DNA of 63,223 nucleotides from Anolis carolinensis (Eukaryota): NCBI RefSeq assembly GCF_035594765.1, contig NW_026943826.1, positions 12,566,102 to 12,629,324 of the forward strand, read 5' to 3'. Shown piece by piece: positions 51,771 to 63,223 of this stretch (position 1 is its first letter; each line of letters starts with the position of its first letter). The notes under the pieces were generated by a model. It saw only the letters and a program-made list of their open reading frames with translations, ran no database searches and was not told where the DNA came from. The position numbers and the translations under genes were made by a program.

Positions 51771-51853
51771 ATGCAACGGCAATAAATACACTATTTCTCT
51801 CTCGGGTTAAGGAAGTTCCTTGAAAGCAGACCAAGCGATGCGAATGGGAAGCG
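51771..51853 (+). pseudogene. Decayed relic of the PLA2 gene-2 intron 3/exon 4 junction
   Basis: atgcaacggcaataaatacactatttctctctcgggttaaggaagttccttgaaagcaga..tgcgaatg aligns to 34813-34885 atgcaatggcaataaatgcaatatttctctcttaggtgaaggaacttcgtgtgaaaagcaga..tgcgaatg. Acceptor AG changed to GG, in-frame TAA, indels. Confidence 0.75.
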
Positions 51854-52027
51854 TCAATATTGATATTATTATTATTATTAAAAAGGGGGATTTACAAAAG
51901 CCCAGGAACAATGGGCAAAGTGTGTATTTGCAGAAGGCGAAAGGAAACTCCCAGGCTTAACCAGAAACCGGATCAGAGAAGGCCAGCCTTGTTCTCGTCC
52001 TTCTTCAAAGGCATCATCCTCAGCAAC

Positions 52028-52214
52028 ATGAAGCCTTTATTCGGAGCTCTTGTCGTCTTCTCCTTCTTCTGCGGTGAGTCTGGATTGCTTTGCCAAAGGA
52101 GCAGGGAAATAATAATAATCATAATCATAATAATAATAAGTTCAAAGACTCTGGCAGAAACCAGTGCAGGTGGTCCCGGTGGTGATCGGCACATTGGGTG
52201 CCGTGCCAAAATAA

Positions 52215-52245
<31 letters not shown>

Positions 52246-52311
52246 AATAATACATCACACAGTCCTAGACACTTGTCTAGCATGTCTATCTTGTTTGCTG
52301 TGTCATAATAA

Positions 52312-52355
<44 letters not shown>

Positions 52356-52543
52356 ATCACACAATCCTAGACACTTGGGAAGTGTTCGACTTGTGATTTT
52401 GTGAAACAAAATCCAGCATGTCTATCTTCTTTGCTGTGTCATAATATAATAATAATAATAATAAGAAGAAGAAGTTCAAAGACTCTGGCAGAAACCAGTG
52501 CAGGTGGTCCCGGTGGTGATCGGCACATTGGGTGCCGTGCCAA

Positions 52544-52608
<65 letters not shown>

Positions 52609-52693
52609 ATCACACAGTCCTAGACACTTGGGAAGTGTTCGATTTGTGATTTTGTGATATGAAATCCAGCATATCTATCTTGTTTGCTGTGTC

Positions 52694-52730
<37 letters not shown>

Positions 52731-52800
52731 GTTCAAAGACTCTGGCAGAAACCAGTGCAGGTGGTCCCGGTGGTGATCGGCACATTGGGTGCCGTGCCAA

Positions 52801-52853
<53 letters not shown>

Positions 52854-52940
52854 GTAGTCCTAGACACTTGGGAAGTGTTCGACTTGTGATTTTGTGAAAC
52901 GAAACCCAGCATATCTATCTTGTTTGCTGTGTCATAATAA

Positions 52941-52978
<38 letters not shown>

Positions 52979-53790
52979 ATCACACAGTCCTAGACACTTG
53001 GGAAGTGTTCGACTTGTGATTTTGTGATACGAAATCCAGCATATCTATCTTGTTTGCAGTGTCATACTTATAATAATAATAATAATAATAATAATAATTA
53101 GTCCTAGACACTTGGGAAGTGTTCGACTTGTGATTTTGTGATAATAATAATAATAAATACATCCAGCATATCTATCTTGTTTGCTGTAACATTATTATTA
53201 TTATTATTGTTGTTGTTGTTTTATATTACAAGTGTTCAACTTGTGATTTTGTGATACAAAATCCAGCATGTCTATCTTGTTTGCTGTGTCATAATAATAA
53301 TAATAATAATAATAGGTAAAGGTTTTCCCCTGACATTAAGTCTATCTGTGTCCAACTCTGGGGGTTGGTGCTAGGTTGGCAGGAGCTGGGGCTAACAGCG
53401 GGAGCTCACCCTGCTTGGAGCTCCGCTGCCTTCCCGCCAATAGGAGTGGAACCTATCGATCTACTCGCATTTGCATGTTTTCGAACCGCTGGGTTGGCAG
53501 GAGCTGGGGCTAACAGCGGGAGCTCACCCCACTCCCCGGATTCGAAGTTCAGCAGCTCAGCAGTTTATCTATATTGTGATACTATATACATATATATATA
53601 TATATATATATAATACTAATATATTAAACCTAATACTACTGGAGGAGTGGTACCTATTGATCTACTCGCATTGGCATGTTTTCGAACCGCTAGGTTGGCA
53701 GGAGCTGGGGCTAACAGCGGGAGCTCACCCCACTCCCCAGATTCGAAGTTCAGCAGCTCAGCAGTTTATCTATATTGTGATACTATATAG

Positions 53791-53841
<51 letters not shown>

Positions 53842-56800
53842 CTAATATATTAAACCTAATACTACTGGTAATATATAATACTACATTGCGCTATGGTAAG
53901 AATATACTACATTATATATACCATATTACAGTATATATTATATATTATGCTATATTTTTTTCCAGCCGTGGGCGGGAACTTGATCCAGTTTGCGGACATG
54001 GTTCGGCGGGCGACGGGGAGGCTGCCCTCCTTATTCTACAACGGATACGGGTGTTACTGCGGGTTGGGGGGCTCCAAGCAGCCCCTGGACCCCACCGATT
54101 GGTAAGGCCCAGGCTGAGCCTTTCTAAATGTGACCACATCTGAGGATTACTCACATATACTGTATATAGAGGCTAATCCTTTCTATCTCCATGCCGCCCC
54201 CTTGTGGCTGTGTCCGAGCATTGCATTTGTATATATAAACAGAAGCTGATCCTTTCTATTTCTATGCCGCCCCCTTGTGGCCGCATCTCAGCATTGCATT
54301 TGTATATATAAACAGAAGCTGATCCTTTCTATCTCTATGCCGCCCCCTTGTGGCCGCATCTCAGCATTGCATTTGTATATATAAACAGAAGCTGATCCTT
54401 TCTATTTCTATGCCGCCCCCTTGTGGCCACATCTGAGCATTGCTTTCGTATATATAACTAGAGGCTGATCCTTTCTATCTCTATGCCGCCCCCTTGTGGC
54501 TGTGTCCGAGCATTGCATTTGTATATATAAACAGAAGCGGATCCTTTCTATCTCTATGCCGCCCCCTTGTGGCCGCATCTCAGCATTGCATTTGTATATA
54601 TAACTAGAGGCTGATCCTTTCTATCTCTATGCCGCCCCCTTGTGGCCGCATCTGAGCATTGCTTTCGTATATATAAACAGAAGCTGATCCTTTCTATCTC
54701 TATGCCGCCCCCTTGTGGCCGCATCTGAGCATTGCTTTCGTATATATAAACAGAAGCTGATCCTTTCTATCTCTATGCCGCCCCCTTGTGGCCGCATCTG
54801 AGCATTGCTTTCGTATATATAAACAGAAGCTGATCCTTTCTATCTCTATGCCGCCCCCTTGTGGCCGCATCTGAGCATTGCTTTCGTATATATAAACAGA
54901 AGCTGATCCTTTCTATCTCTATGCCGCCCCCTTGTGGCCGCATCTGAGCATTGCTTTCGTATATATAAACAGAAGCTGATCCTTTCTATCTCTATGCCGC
55001 CCCCTTGTGGCTGCATCTGAGCATTGCATTCTTATAGAGAGGCTGATCCTTTCTATCTCTATGCTTCTGTATTGTGCTTGCATCTGAGCATTGCATCCAC
55101 ATATAACTATAGAGCTGATCCTTTCTATCTCCGTGCCACCCTCTTGTGGCTGCATCTGAGCATTGCATTCTTATATAGAGAGGCTGATCCTTTCTATCTC
55201 TATGCTTCCCTATTGTGCTTGCATCTGAGCATTGCATCCACATATAACTATAGAGCTGATCCTTTCTATTTCTATGCCGTCCCCTTGTGGCTGCGTCCGA
55301 ATATTGCATTTTTATATATAACTAAAGGCTGATCCTTTCTATCACTACTCCGCCCCCTTGTGGCTGCATCTGAGCATTGCATTCGTATATAGAGAGGCTG
55401 ATCCTTTCTAACTCCATGCTGCCCCCTTGTGGCCGCATCTGAGCATTGCTTTCGTATATATAACTAGAAGCTGATCCTTTCTAACTCCATGCTGCCCCCT
55501 TGTGGCCGCATCTGAGCATTGCTTTCGTATATATAACTAGAGGCTGATCCTTTCTAACTCCATGCTGCCCCCTTGTGGCCGCATCTGAGCATTGCTTTCG
55601 TATATATAACTAGAGGCTGATCCTTTCTATCTCTATGCCGCCCCCTTGTGGCTGCACCCGAGTACTGCATTCATATATATAACTAGAGCAATGATGGGCA
55701 ACCTTTTGCGCTTGGTGTGTCAAAATTCACCAAAAAATCTAGCACGACTTGGGTGGTGTGTCACTTTGAGAGAAAAAAAACCCATATGTATAGTTTAAAT
55801 AACAAAAATGTATAAGTGTAATATATAATTGTATTTAATAAATCAAAAACTATCTATTCTAGTTTCAATGCCGTCATGAATAATAAATAATATAATCAGA
55901 ATATGATTATATTATTAATATATGATATTAATATCTATGCCGCCCTCTTGTGTCTGCACCTGAGCATGACACTCATATAGAGAGAGGCTAATCCTTTCTA
56001 TCTAGGCTGTTGCCCCCTTGTGGATTCATCCAAGCATTGCATTCCTATGTATAACTAGAGGCTGATCCTTTCTAGCTCTCTGCTGCCCCCTACTGGCTGC
56101 ACCCGAGTACTGCATTCATACAAATCTACGGGCCGGCAGCTAATCCTTTCTAACCATCTTATCCCAGGTGCTGCCAGGCCCACGACTGCTGCTACGGGCG
56201 GGCGTCGGAGCTCTCCTGCAACCCCAAAATGGAGATGTATTCCTACTCCTTCCAGGGAGGAACCATCGTTTGCGGTAGGCTAATAAACATAAGGAGGAAA
56301 TCATTGAAAACAGTTGCTGGGTGAAGTGGCCCTCTCCGCCCAGCAAGAGGGCCACTTCACCCTGGTGGTGTACGAGTGGGAAGAGGGGAAGACCTATCTA
56401 TCTATCTCTTTAAGCATGTGCGTTCATATGCCTGTCCTGCAAAATCGATGGGTGAAGTGGCCCTCTCCGCCCAGCAAGAGGGCCACTTCACCCTGGTGGT
56501 GTATGAGAGGCGCGGAAGACCTATCTATGTATCTATCTATGAAAGTATGTGCGTACATACGCCTGTACTGAAAAATCGATGGGTGAAGTGGCCCTCTCCA
56601 CCAGCAAGAGGGCCACTTCACCCTGGTGGTATACGAGTGGGAAGAGGGGAAGACCTATCTATCTATCTATCTATCTATCTCTTTAAGTATGTGCGTTCAT
56701 ATGCCTGTCCTGCAAAATCGATGGGTGAAGTGGCCCTCTCCGCCCAGCAAGAGGGCCACTTCACCCTGGTGGTGTATGAGAGGAGCGGAAGACCTATCTA

Positions 56801-58264
56801 TTTATGTATCTTATCTCTCAAAGTATGTACGTACATATGCCTTTACAGTAAAAATCGACGGGTGAAGTGGCCCTCTCCGCCCAGCAAGAAGGCCACTTCA
56901 CCCCGGTGGTGTATGAGAGGGAGAAGACCTTATCTATTTATGTATCTTATCTCTCAAAGTATGTACGTACCTATGCCTGTACTGCAAAATCGATGGGTGA
57001 AGTGGCCCTCTCCGCCCAGCAAGAAGGCCACTTCACCCTGGTGGTGTATGAGAGGGAGAAGACCTATCTATTTATGTATCTTTATCTCTCAAAGTATGTA
57101 CGTACATACGCCTGTACTGCAAAATCGATGGGTGGAGTGGCCCTCTCCGCCCAGCAAGAGGGCCACTTCACCCTGGTGGTGTATGAGAGGAGCAGAAGAC
57201 CTATCTATTTATGTATCTTATCTCTCAAAGTATGTACGTACATATGCCTTTACAGTAAAAATCGATGGGTGAAGTGGCCCTCTCCGCCCAGCAAGAGGGC
57301 CACTTCACCCCGGTGGTGTATGAGAGGGAGAAGACCTTATCTATTTATGTATCTTTACGTATGTACGTACATACGCCTGTACTCGATGGGTGAAGTGGCC
57401 CTCTCCACCCAGCAAGAAGGCCACTTCACCCCGGTGGTGTATGAGAGGGAGAAGACCTTATCTATTTATGTATCTTATCTCTCAAAGTATGTACGTACCT
57501 ATGCCTGTACAGTAAAAATCGATGGGTGAAGTGGCCCTCTCCGCCCAGCAAGAAGGCCACTTCACCCTGGTGGTGTATGAGAGGGAGAAGACCTATCTAT
57601 TTATGTATCTTTATCTCTCAAAGTATGTTCGTACCTATGCCTGTACAGTAAAAATCGATGGGTGAAGTGGCCCTCTCCGCCCAGCAAGAGGGCCACTTCA
57701 CCCCGGTGGTGTAAGAGAGGGAGAAGACCTTATCTATTTATGTATCTTTACGTATGTACGTACATACGCCTGTACTCGATGGGTGAAGTGGCCCTCTCCA
57801 CCCAGCAAGAGGGCCACTTCACCCCGGTGGTGTATGAGAGGGAGAAGACCTTATCTATTTATGCATCTTTATCTCTCAAAGTATGTACGTACCTATGCCT
57901 GTACAGTAAAAATCGATGGGTGAAGTGGCCCTCTCCGCCCAGCAAGAAGGCCACTTCACCCTGGTGGTGTATGAGAGGGAGAAGACTTATCTATTTATGT
58001 ATCTTTATCTCTCAAAGTATGTACGTACCTATGCCTGTACTGCAAAATCGATGGGTGGAGTGGCCCTCTCCGCCCGCCCGCCCACCCTTTGTTTACTTGT
58101 TGTGTTGTTGTTGTTGTTTATCGGCAGGCGGGGTGACCCTGTGCCAGCGCCTGGCCTGCGAGTGCGACAAGGCGGCCTCCCTCTGCTTCCGCGCCGCCCC
58201 CTTCCGCACCCGGAACATCTACTTCCCAAATTTTTTGTGCCGCGGGAAGACCCCCCCCTGCTAG
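52028..58264 (+). CDS. PLA2G2E: Group IIE secretory phospholipase A2 (141 aa)
   Basis: Exons 52028-52073, 53966-54101, 56168-56274 and 58128-58264 (46/136/107/137 nt). Mature chain [78 protein letters not shown] matches IIE motifs. Tail-to-tail with OTUD3; AATAAA at 58310. Confidence 0.93.
52138..53295 (+). mobile_element. Mosaic of R4/Dong fragments interleaved with (TAA)n in PLA2G2E intron 1
   Basis: ttcaaagactctggcagaaaccagt..gccgtgcc occurs 3 times and the tail cagtcctagacacttgggaagtgttcgac about 6 times, matching 25343-25600. Confidence 0.85.
53313..53765 (-). mobile_element. Sauria SINE fragments, locally duplicated
   Basis: aggtaaaggttttcccctgac tail and ggcaggagctggggctaacagcgggagctcaccc three times. 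Confidence 0.82.
54168..56120 (-). promoter_or_regulatory. 73-bp tandem repeat, each unit carrying a CTCF-like motif (about 20 intact copies), in PLA2G2E intron 2
   Basis: Minus strand reads TGCAATGC..gcggCCACAAGGGGGCGGC per unit. The terminal copy at 56083-56114 is TGCAGTAC-tcgggtgcag-CCAGTAGGGGGCAG, a full consensus core plus upstream module. Confidence 0.75.
56318..58078. repeat. About 120-140-bp tandem repeat containing a perfect 17-bp hairpin, PLA2G2E intron 3
   Basis: gggtgaagtggccctct-ccgcccagca-agagggccacttcaccc, about 13 copies plus a half copy. Confidence 0.92.
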
Positions 58265-58429
58265 CACCACACAGCCGTCAATCTAAAGAATGTAAAGGCT
58301 TGAGATAATAATAAACATTATATACTATAATTTGAGGAGACCGAGGCCGACTTTCTTTATTGCTTGGACGTCAGAAGGAAGAAATGTAGTGTGAATGAAT
58401 GGGGTTTGACACCGCTTTGAATTCCCTAT

Positions 58430-58826
58430 AATATAAAAACATATTGCATGTGTCAATATATTATTATATATATGTCTATGTGCAAATATATATCTATAAT
58501 ATAAAAATATATTGCACGTATCAATATATTATTATATATGCCTATATATACATACGCATACACAGAATATATGGAGTTTTCAAATGTATATGTTATATAT
58601 ATAATGTATACAGTCCATACATAGATATATTTACACACACANNNNNNNNNNNNNNNNNNNNNNNNNNNNNNNNNNNNNNNNNNNNNNNNNNNNNNNNNNN
58701 NNNNNNNNNNNNNNNNNNNNNNNNNNNNNNNNNNNNNNNNNNNNNNNNNNNNNNNNNNNNNNNNNNNNNNNNNNNCAAATATATATATTTACACACATAT
58801 ACAAATTATATATACAATATAATTCA

Positions 58827-58873
<47 letters not shown>

Positions 58874-59990
58874 TCTGCATATACAATATATATATATATA
58901 TACACACACAATATAATATATATATATATTATTCATATATATGCGTGTAAACATATCTATATATAGACTGTATACATTATATATATATATAAAACAATTA
59001 TATATATAAAATGTATAGTCTATATATAGATATATTTAGACACACATATATGAATTATATATATTATGTATATATATATATATACACACAATATAATATA
59101 TATATATACATTATTCATATATATGCGTGTAAACATATCTATATATAGACTGTATACATTATATATATATATATCATATATAAAACAATTATATATATAA
59201 AATGTATAGTCTATATATAGATATATTTAGACACACATATATGAATTATATATATATATATTGTGTATATATGTATATATATATGTATGTATGCATATAT
59301 ATACTGTATATGCAGTCAATATATATAGATATTTACACATATATGAATTATATATATATATATATATTGTATTATATCAATTATGAATTATATATATTAT
59401 AATATATCTGTAATTTAATATATTTGTAAATATATCTTTATAATATATATGAACTCTTTCCTGAGTCAATATATATAGATATTTACACATATATGAATTA
59501 TATATATATATTATATATATATATAGTATTATATCAATTATGAATTATATATATTATAATATATCTGTAATTTAATATATTTGTAAATATATCTTTATAA
59601 TATATATGAACTCTTTCCTGAGTCAATATATATAGATATTTACACATATATGAATTATATATATTATATATATATATTGTATTATATCAATTATGAATTA
59701 TATATATTATAATATATCTGTAATTTAATATATTTGTAAATATATCTTTATAATATATATGAACTCTTTCCTGAGTCAATATATATAGATATTTACACAT
59801 ATATGAATTATATATATTATATATATATATTGTATTATATCAATTATGAATTATATATATTATAATATATCTGTAATTTAATATATTTGTAAATATATCT
59901 TTATAATATATATGAACTCTTTCCTGAGTGATGCAATCAATGAATGGCTGTATATGTATATATGTGTGTGTGTATATATATGTATATGTG
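58430..59990. repeat. (TA)n-rich low-complexity region with about 150-bp duplications between the PLA2G2E and OTUD3 3' ends
   Basis: gaactctttcctgagt four times, TA tracts and an N run. Confidence 0.85.
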
Positions 59991-60102
59991 CACCCAGGCC
60001 ATCGATCCGCCACTCAGTCCGAAACCTCTTGCATCTACACTACCAAATTAACCTGGTTTGACTCTGCCGTCCACACGGTTGTGCTGATTCTTGGGCGGAG
60101 GG

Positions 60103-62077
60103 TCAGATGTTGAGTGCGGCCACGGTCTTGACCAGGGTGACCTCGGGGTCGGCTTCGGCCGGGCTCTCCTTCTTCTTCCGGTTGTTGTCGTTGTCGTTGT
60201 CCTTGTTGTTGTTGTCGCGGGCTTTGTGCCGGTGCCGGTCCTCCTGCCGACGCTTCTTCTCCTGCCGCTGCTGCTCCTTCCTCTGACGGCAGGACAGCGG
60301 CTGCGGAAACAGAAAACAACAACAACAACAACAACAATAATATTTATCTATATCCCACCCTATCTCCCCAAGGGGACTCATTATAATATTACATATCTAT
60401 ATATATAAAAGAGTGATGGCATCACGGCTAATATAATATTGTAATATCTATATATATAAAAGAGTGATGGCATCACGGCTAATATAATATTGTAATATCT
60501 ATATATATAAAAGAGTGATGGCATCACGGCTAATATAATATTGTAATATCTATATATATAAAAGAGTGATGGCATCACGGCTAATATAATATTGTAATAT
60601 CTATATATATAAAAGAGTGATGGCATCACGGCTAATATAATATTGTAATATCTATATATATAAAAGAGTGATGGCATCACGGCTAATATAATATTGTAAT
60701 ATCTATATATATAAAAGAGTGATGGCATCACGGCTAATATAATATTGTAATATCTATATATATAAAAGAGTGATGGCATCACGGCTAATATAATATTGTA
60801 ATATCTATATATATAAAAGAGTGATGGCATCACGGCTAATATAATATTGTAATATCTATATATATAAAAGAGTGATGGCATCACGGCTAATATAATATTG
60901 TAATATCTATATATAAAAGAGTGATGGCATCACGGCTAATATAATATTGTAATATCTATATATATAAAAGAGGGATGGCATCACGGCTAATATAATATTG
61001 TAATATCTATATATATAAAAGAGTGATGGCATCACGGCGACCCACAAAACAACAAAACTACAGGCCCCCCAACCTCGAAATTTGACGACACAACCCATCA
61101 TCCACGCCTCTAGGTTGATACAACAAAAAGAAAAGAAAAATAAAGTCCTAATTAGAGTCCAAACTCTTGTGCCTGTCCCCTGGGCCGAGTAGGTTGCTAG
61201 GAGACCAAGTGGGCGGAACTTAGCCTTGTAACTGGCAGCAATTGGATAAAAACAATTATTCCTCTCTTTCTAATTAGGACTTTCTTTTTTGTTGTTGTAT
61301 CAACCTAGAGCCATGGATGATGGGTTGTGTTGTCAAATTTCGAGGTTGGGGGGCCTGTAGTGTTGTTGTTTTGTCCGCTGCCCCGATGCCATCACTCTTT
61401 TATATATATAGACTAGCTGTGCCTGGCCACGCGTTGCTGTGGCAAAGTGGTGGTGGTATTGGTTAAAAATTGTTGTGTAATTTTTATTTGACGTTATTTG
61501 TATTTTTTAATTTTATTCATTATATTTTATTATTTTCTTGTATAATTTTTAGTTATTTTTTGTTATTATGGTATTTTATTGTATTAATTTTTAGTGTTTT
61601 TTATTATTTTTTATTGGGTTGCTAGGAGACCAGGTTGGAGGAGCTTAGCCTTCTAACTGGCAGCAATTGGATAAAAGCAATTATTCCTCTCTCTCTAATT
61701 AGGACTTTATTTTTCTTTTCTTTTTGTGGTATCAACCTAGAGGCGTGGGTGATGGGTTGTGTTGTCAAATTTTGAGGTTGGGGGGCCTGTAGTTTTGTTG
61801 TTTTGCCCGCTGCCGTGATGCCATCACTCTTTTATATATATAGATTATATTATAATATTATTTATATATTATTATATACATTTATTATTATTATTATTAC
61901 ATTTATTAATTTTATATATGTGTTTGGGTACCTTTGGGTTCTGCGGCTTCCTGCTGCCCGGGTTCCCTTCGGCCGGGTTCCGGTTGTTTTCCGTCTCCGG
62001 GTTTCCGAAGATCCGGGTTCCGCTCCCGTTCTCTTCCCAAAGGCCCGGCTTTGGCCGGTTCGCCTGGGCTTCGTCCT
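60103..62077 (-). CDS. OTUD3: OTU deubiquitinase 3, last two coding exons (gene continues beyond the window)
   Basis: Exon 62077-61932 (EDEAQANRPKPGLWEENGSGTRIFGN...QNPK) and exon 60300-60103 (PLSCRQRKEQQRQEKKRRQEDRHRHKA...EVTLVKTVAALNI*). Matches the OTUD3 C-terminus (..RQEERHRHKA..VTLVKTFAALNI) and the synteny with PLA2G2E. Confidence 0.93.
60394..61160 (+). repeat. 51-bp tandem array (about 13 copies) of a Helitron 5' end, ending in a truncated Helitron
   Basis: atctatatatataaaagagtgatggcatcacggc+taatataatattgtaat repeated; the last copy continues into the element body. Confidence 0.88.
61160..61844 (-). mobile_element. Head-to-tail non-autonomous Helitrons (complete copy 61413-61844)
   Basis: The minus strand begins a|TCtatatatataaaag and ends with hairpin GCCAC-agcaacgc-GTGGC followed by CTAG, joined directly to the TC of the next copy. 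Confidence 0.8.
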
Positions 62078-62249
62078 CTAAGGGAAACAAGAGACGGAAA
62101 AAGCTGAGGATGAAGGCAAGGAGTTTCTGGATGAGCCCGGGGTTTCTGTTCGGGGAATTAATTAATTTATTAATTATTATTATTTTTAATTTATTAATTA
62201 TTATTACTTTCATTGTGTATTCATTTATTATTATTTATTACTATTATTT

Positions 62250-62340
62250 TATTATGACACAGCAAACAAGGGAGATATGCTGGATTTCGTATCACAAAAT
62301 CACAAGTCGAACACTTCCCAAGTGTCTAGGACTGTGTGAT

Positions 62341-62393
<53 letters not shown>

Positions 62394-62484
62394 TATTATG
62401 ACACAGCAAACCAGATAGACGTGCTGGATTTCATATCACAAAATCACAAGTCGAACACTTCCCAAGTGTCTAGGACTGTGTGAT

Positions 62485-62531
<47 letters not shown>

Positions 62532-62626
62532 TTATTATTATGACACAGCAAACAAGATAGATATGCTGGATTTCATATCACAAAATCACAAGTCGAACAC
62601 TTCCCAAGTGTCTAGGACTGTGTGAT

Positions 62627-62685
<59 letters not shown>

Positions 62686-62780
62686 TTATTATTATGACAC
62701 AGCAAACCAGATAGACGTGCTGGATTTCATATCACAAAATCACAAGTCGAACACTTCCCAAGTGTCTAGGACTGTGTGAT

Positions 62781-62824
<44 letters not shown>

Positions 62825-63041
62825 TATTATGACACAGCAAACAAGATAGATATGCTGGATTTCATATCACAAAATCACAAGTCGAACTCTTCCCAAGTGT
62901 CTAGGACTGTGTGATGTATTATTATTATTATTATTACTATTATTATTATTATTATTATTATTTTATTATGACACAGCAAACAAGATAGATATGCTGGATT
63001 TCATATCACAAAATCACAAGTGGAACACTTCCCAAGTGTTG

Positions 63042-63042
<1 letters not shown>
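62250..63042 (-). mobile_element. About six tandem R4/Dong 3' tails separated by (TTA)n
   Basis: atgacacagcaaac..ctggatttc.tatcacaaaatcacaagtcgaacacttcccaagtgtctaggactgtgtgatg repeated. Confidence 0.85.
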
Positions 63043-63074
<32 letters not shown>

Positions 63075-63075
<1 letters not shown>

Positions 63076-63223
63076 AGTAGAGTCTCACTTATCCAAGCTA
63101 AACGGGCCGGCAGAAGCTTGGATAAGCGAATATCTTGGATAATAAGGAGGGATTAAGGAAAAGCCTATTAAACGTCAAATTAGGTTATGATTTTACAAAT
63201 TAAGCACCAAAACATCATGTTTT
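63075..63223. mobile_element. Tc1/mariner MITE truncated by the window end
   Basis: ta|cagtagagtctcacttatccaag TIR. Confidence 0.85.

Noticed and set aside
56318-58078. CRISPR-like array of palindromic repeats
   Set aside because: The spacers are near-copies of each other, there are no cas genes, and it lies in a vertebrate intron; it is a tandem repeat.
6453-58775. N runs at 6453-6605, 26165-26344, 28412-28565, 28713-28884, 31360-31539, 36835-36977 and 58642-58775
   Set aside because: Unknown sequence; ORFs spanning them are meaningless, and none interrupts a called exon.

Overview
Repeat-rich vertebrate DNA from a squamate, most plausibly an anole-type lizard (inferred from Sauria SINEs and the repeat families present). 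It spans the group II secretory phospholipase A2 (PLA2G2) cluster in its MUL1-OTUD3 synteny block. Gene order, from exons assembled by hand: CAMK2N1 (-), MUL1 (-), four + strand PLA2G2 genes, then the last two exons of OTUD3 (-). The four PLA2 genes are (1) PLA2G2F-like, (2) a IID/viper-venom-type PLA2 with a 122-aa mature chain, (3) an intact, acidic, 14-Cys PLA2 whose catalytic His48/Asp49 are replaced by Leu/Asn, and (4) PLA2G2E. The main findings are the catalytically dead PLA2 paralogue, a decayed copy of gene-2 exon 4 recording a lost duplication, about 20 same-orientation CTCF motifs tandemly amplified in a PLA2G2E intron, Penelope-borne minimal hammerhead ribozymes, intronic satellites built from splice sites, and a 12-kb block (99-bp satellite, exon-like modules, orphan CpG-island promoter) between genes 3 and 4. 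Most long ORFs in the supplied track are tandem-repeat artefacts. Seven N runs limit what can be seen.
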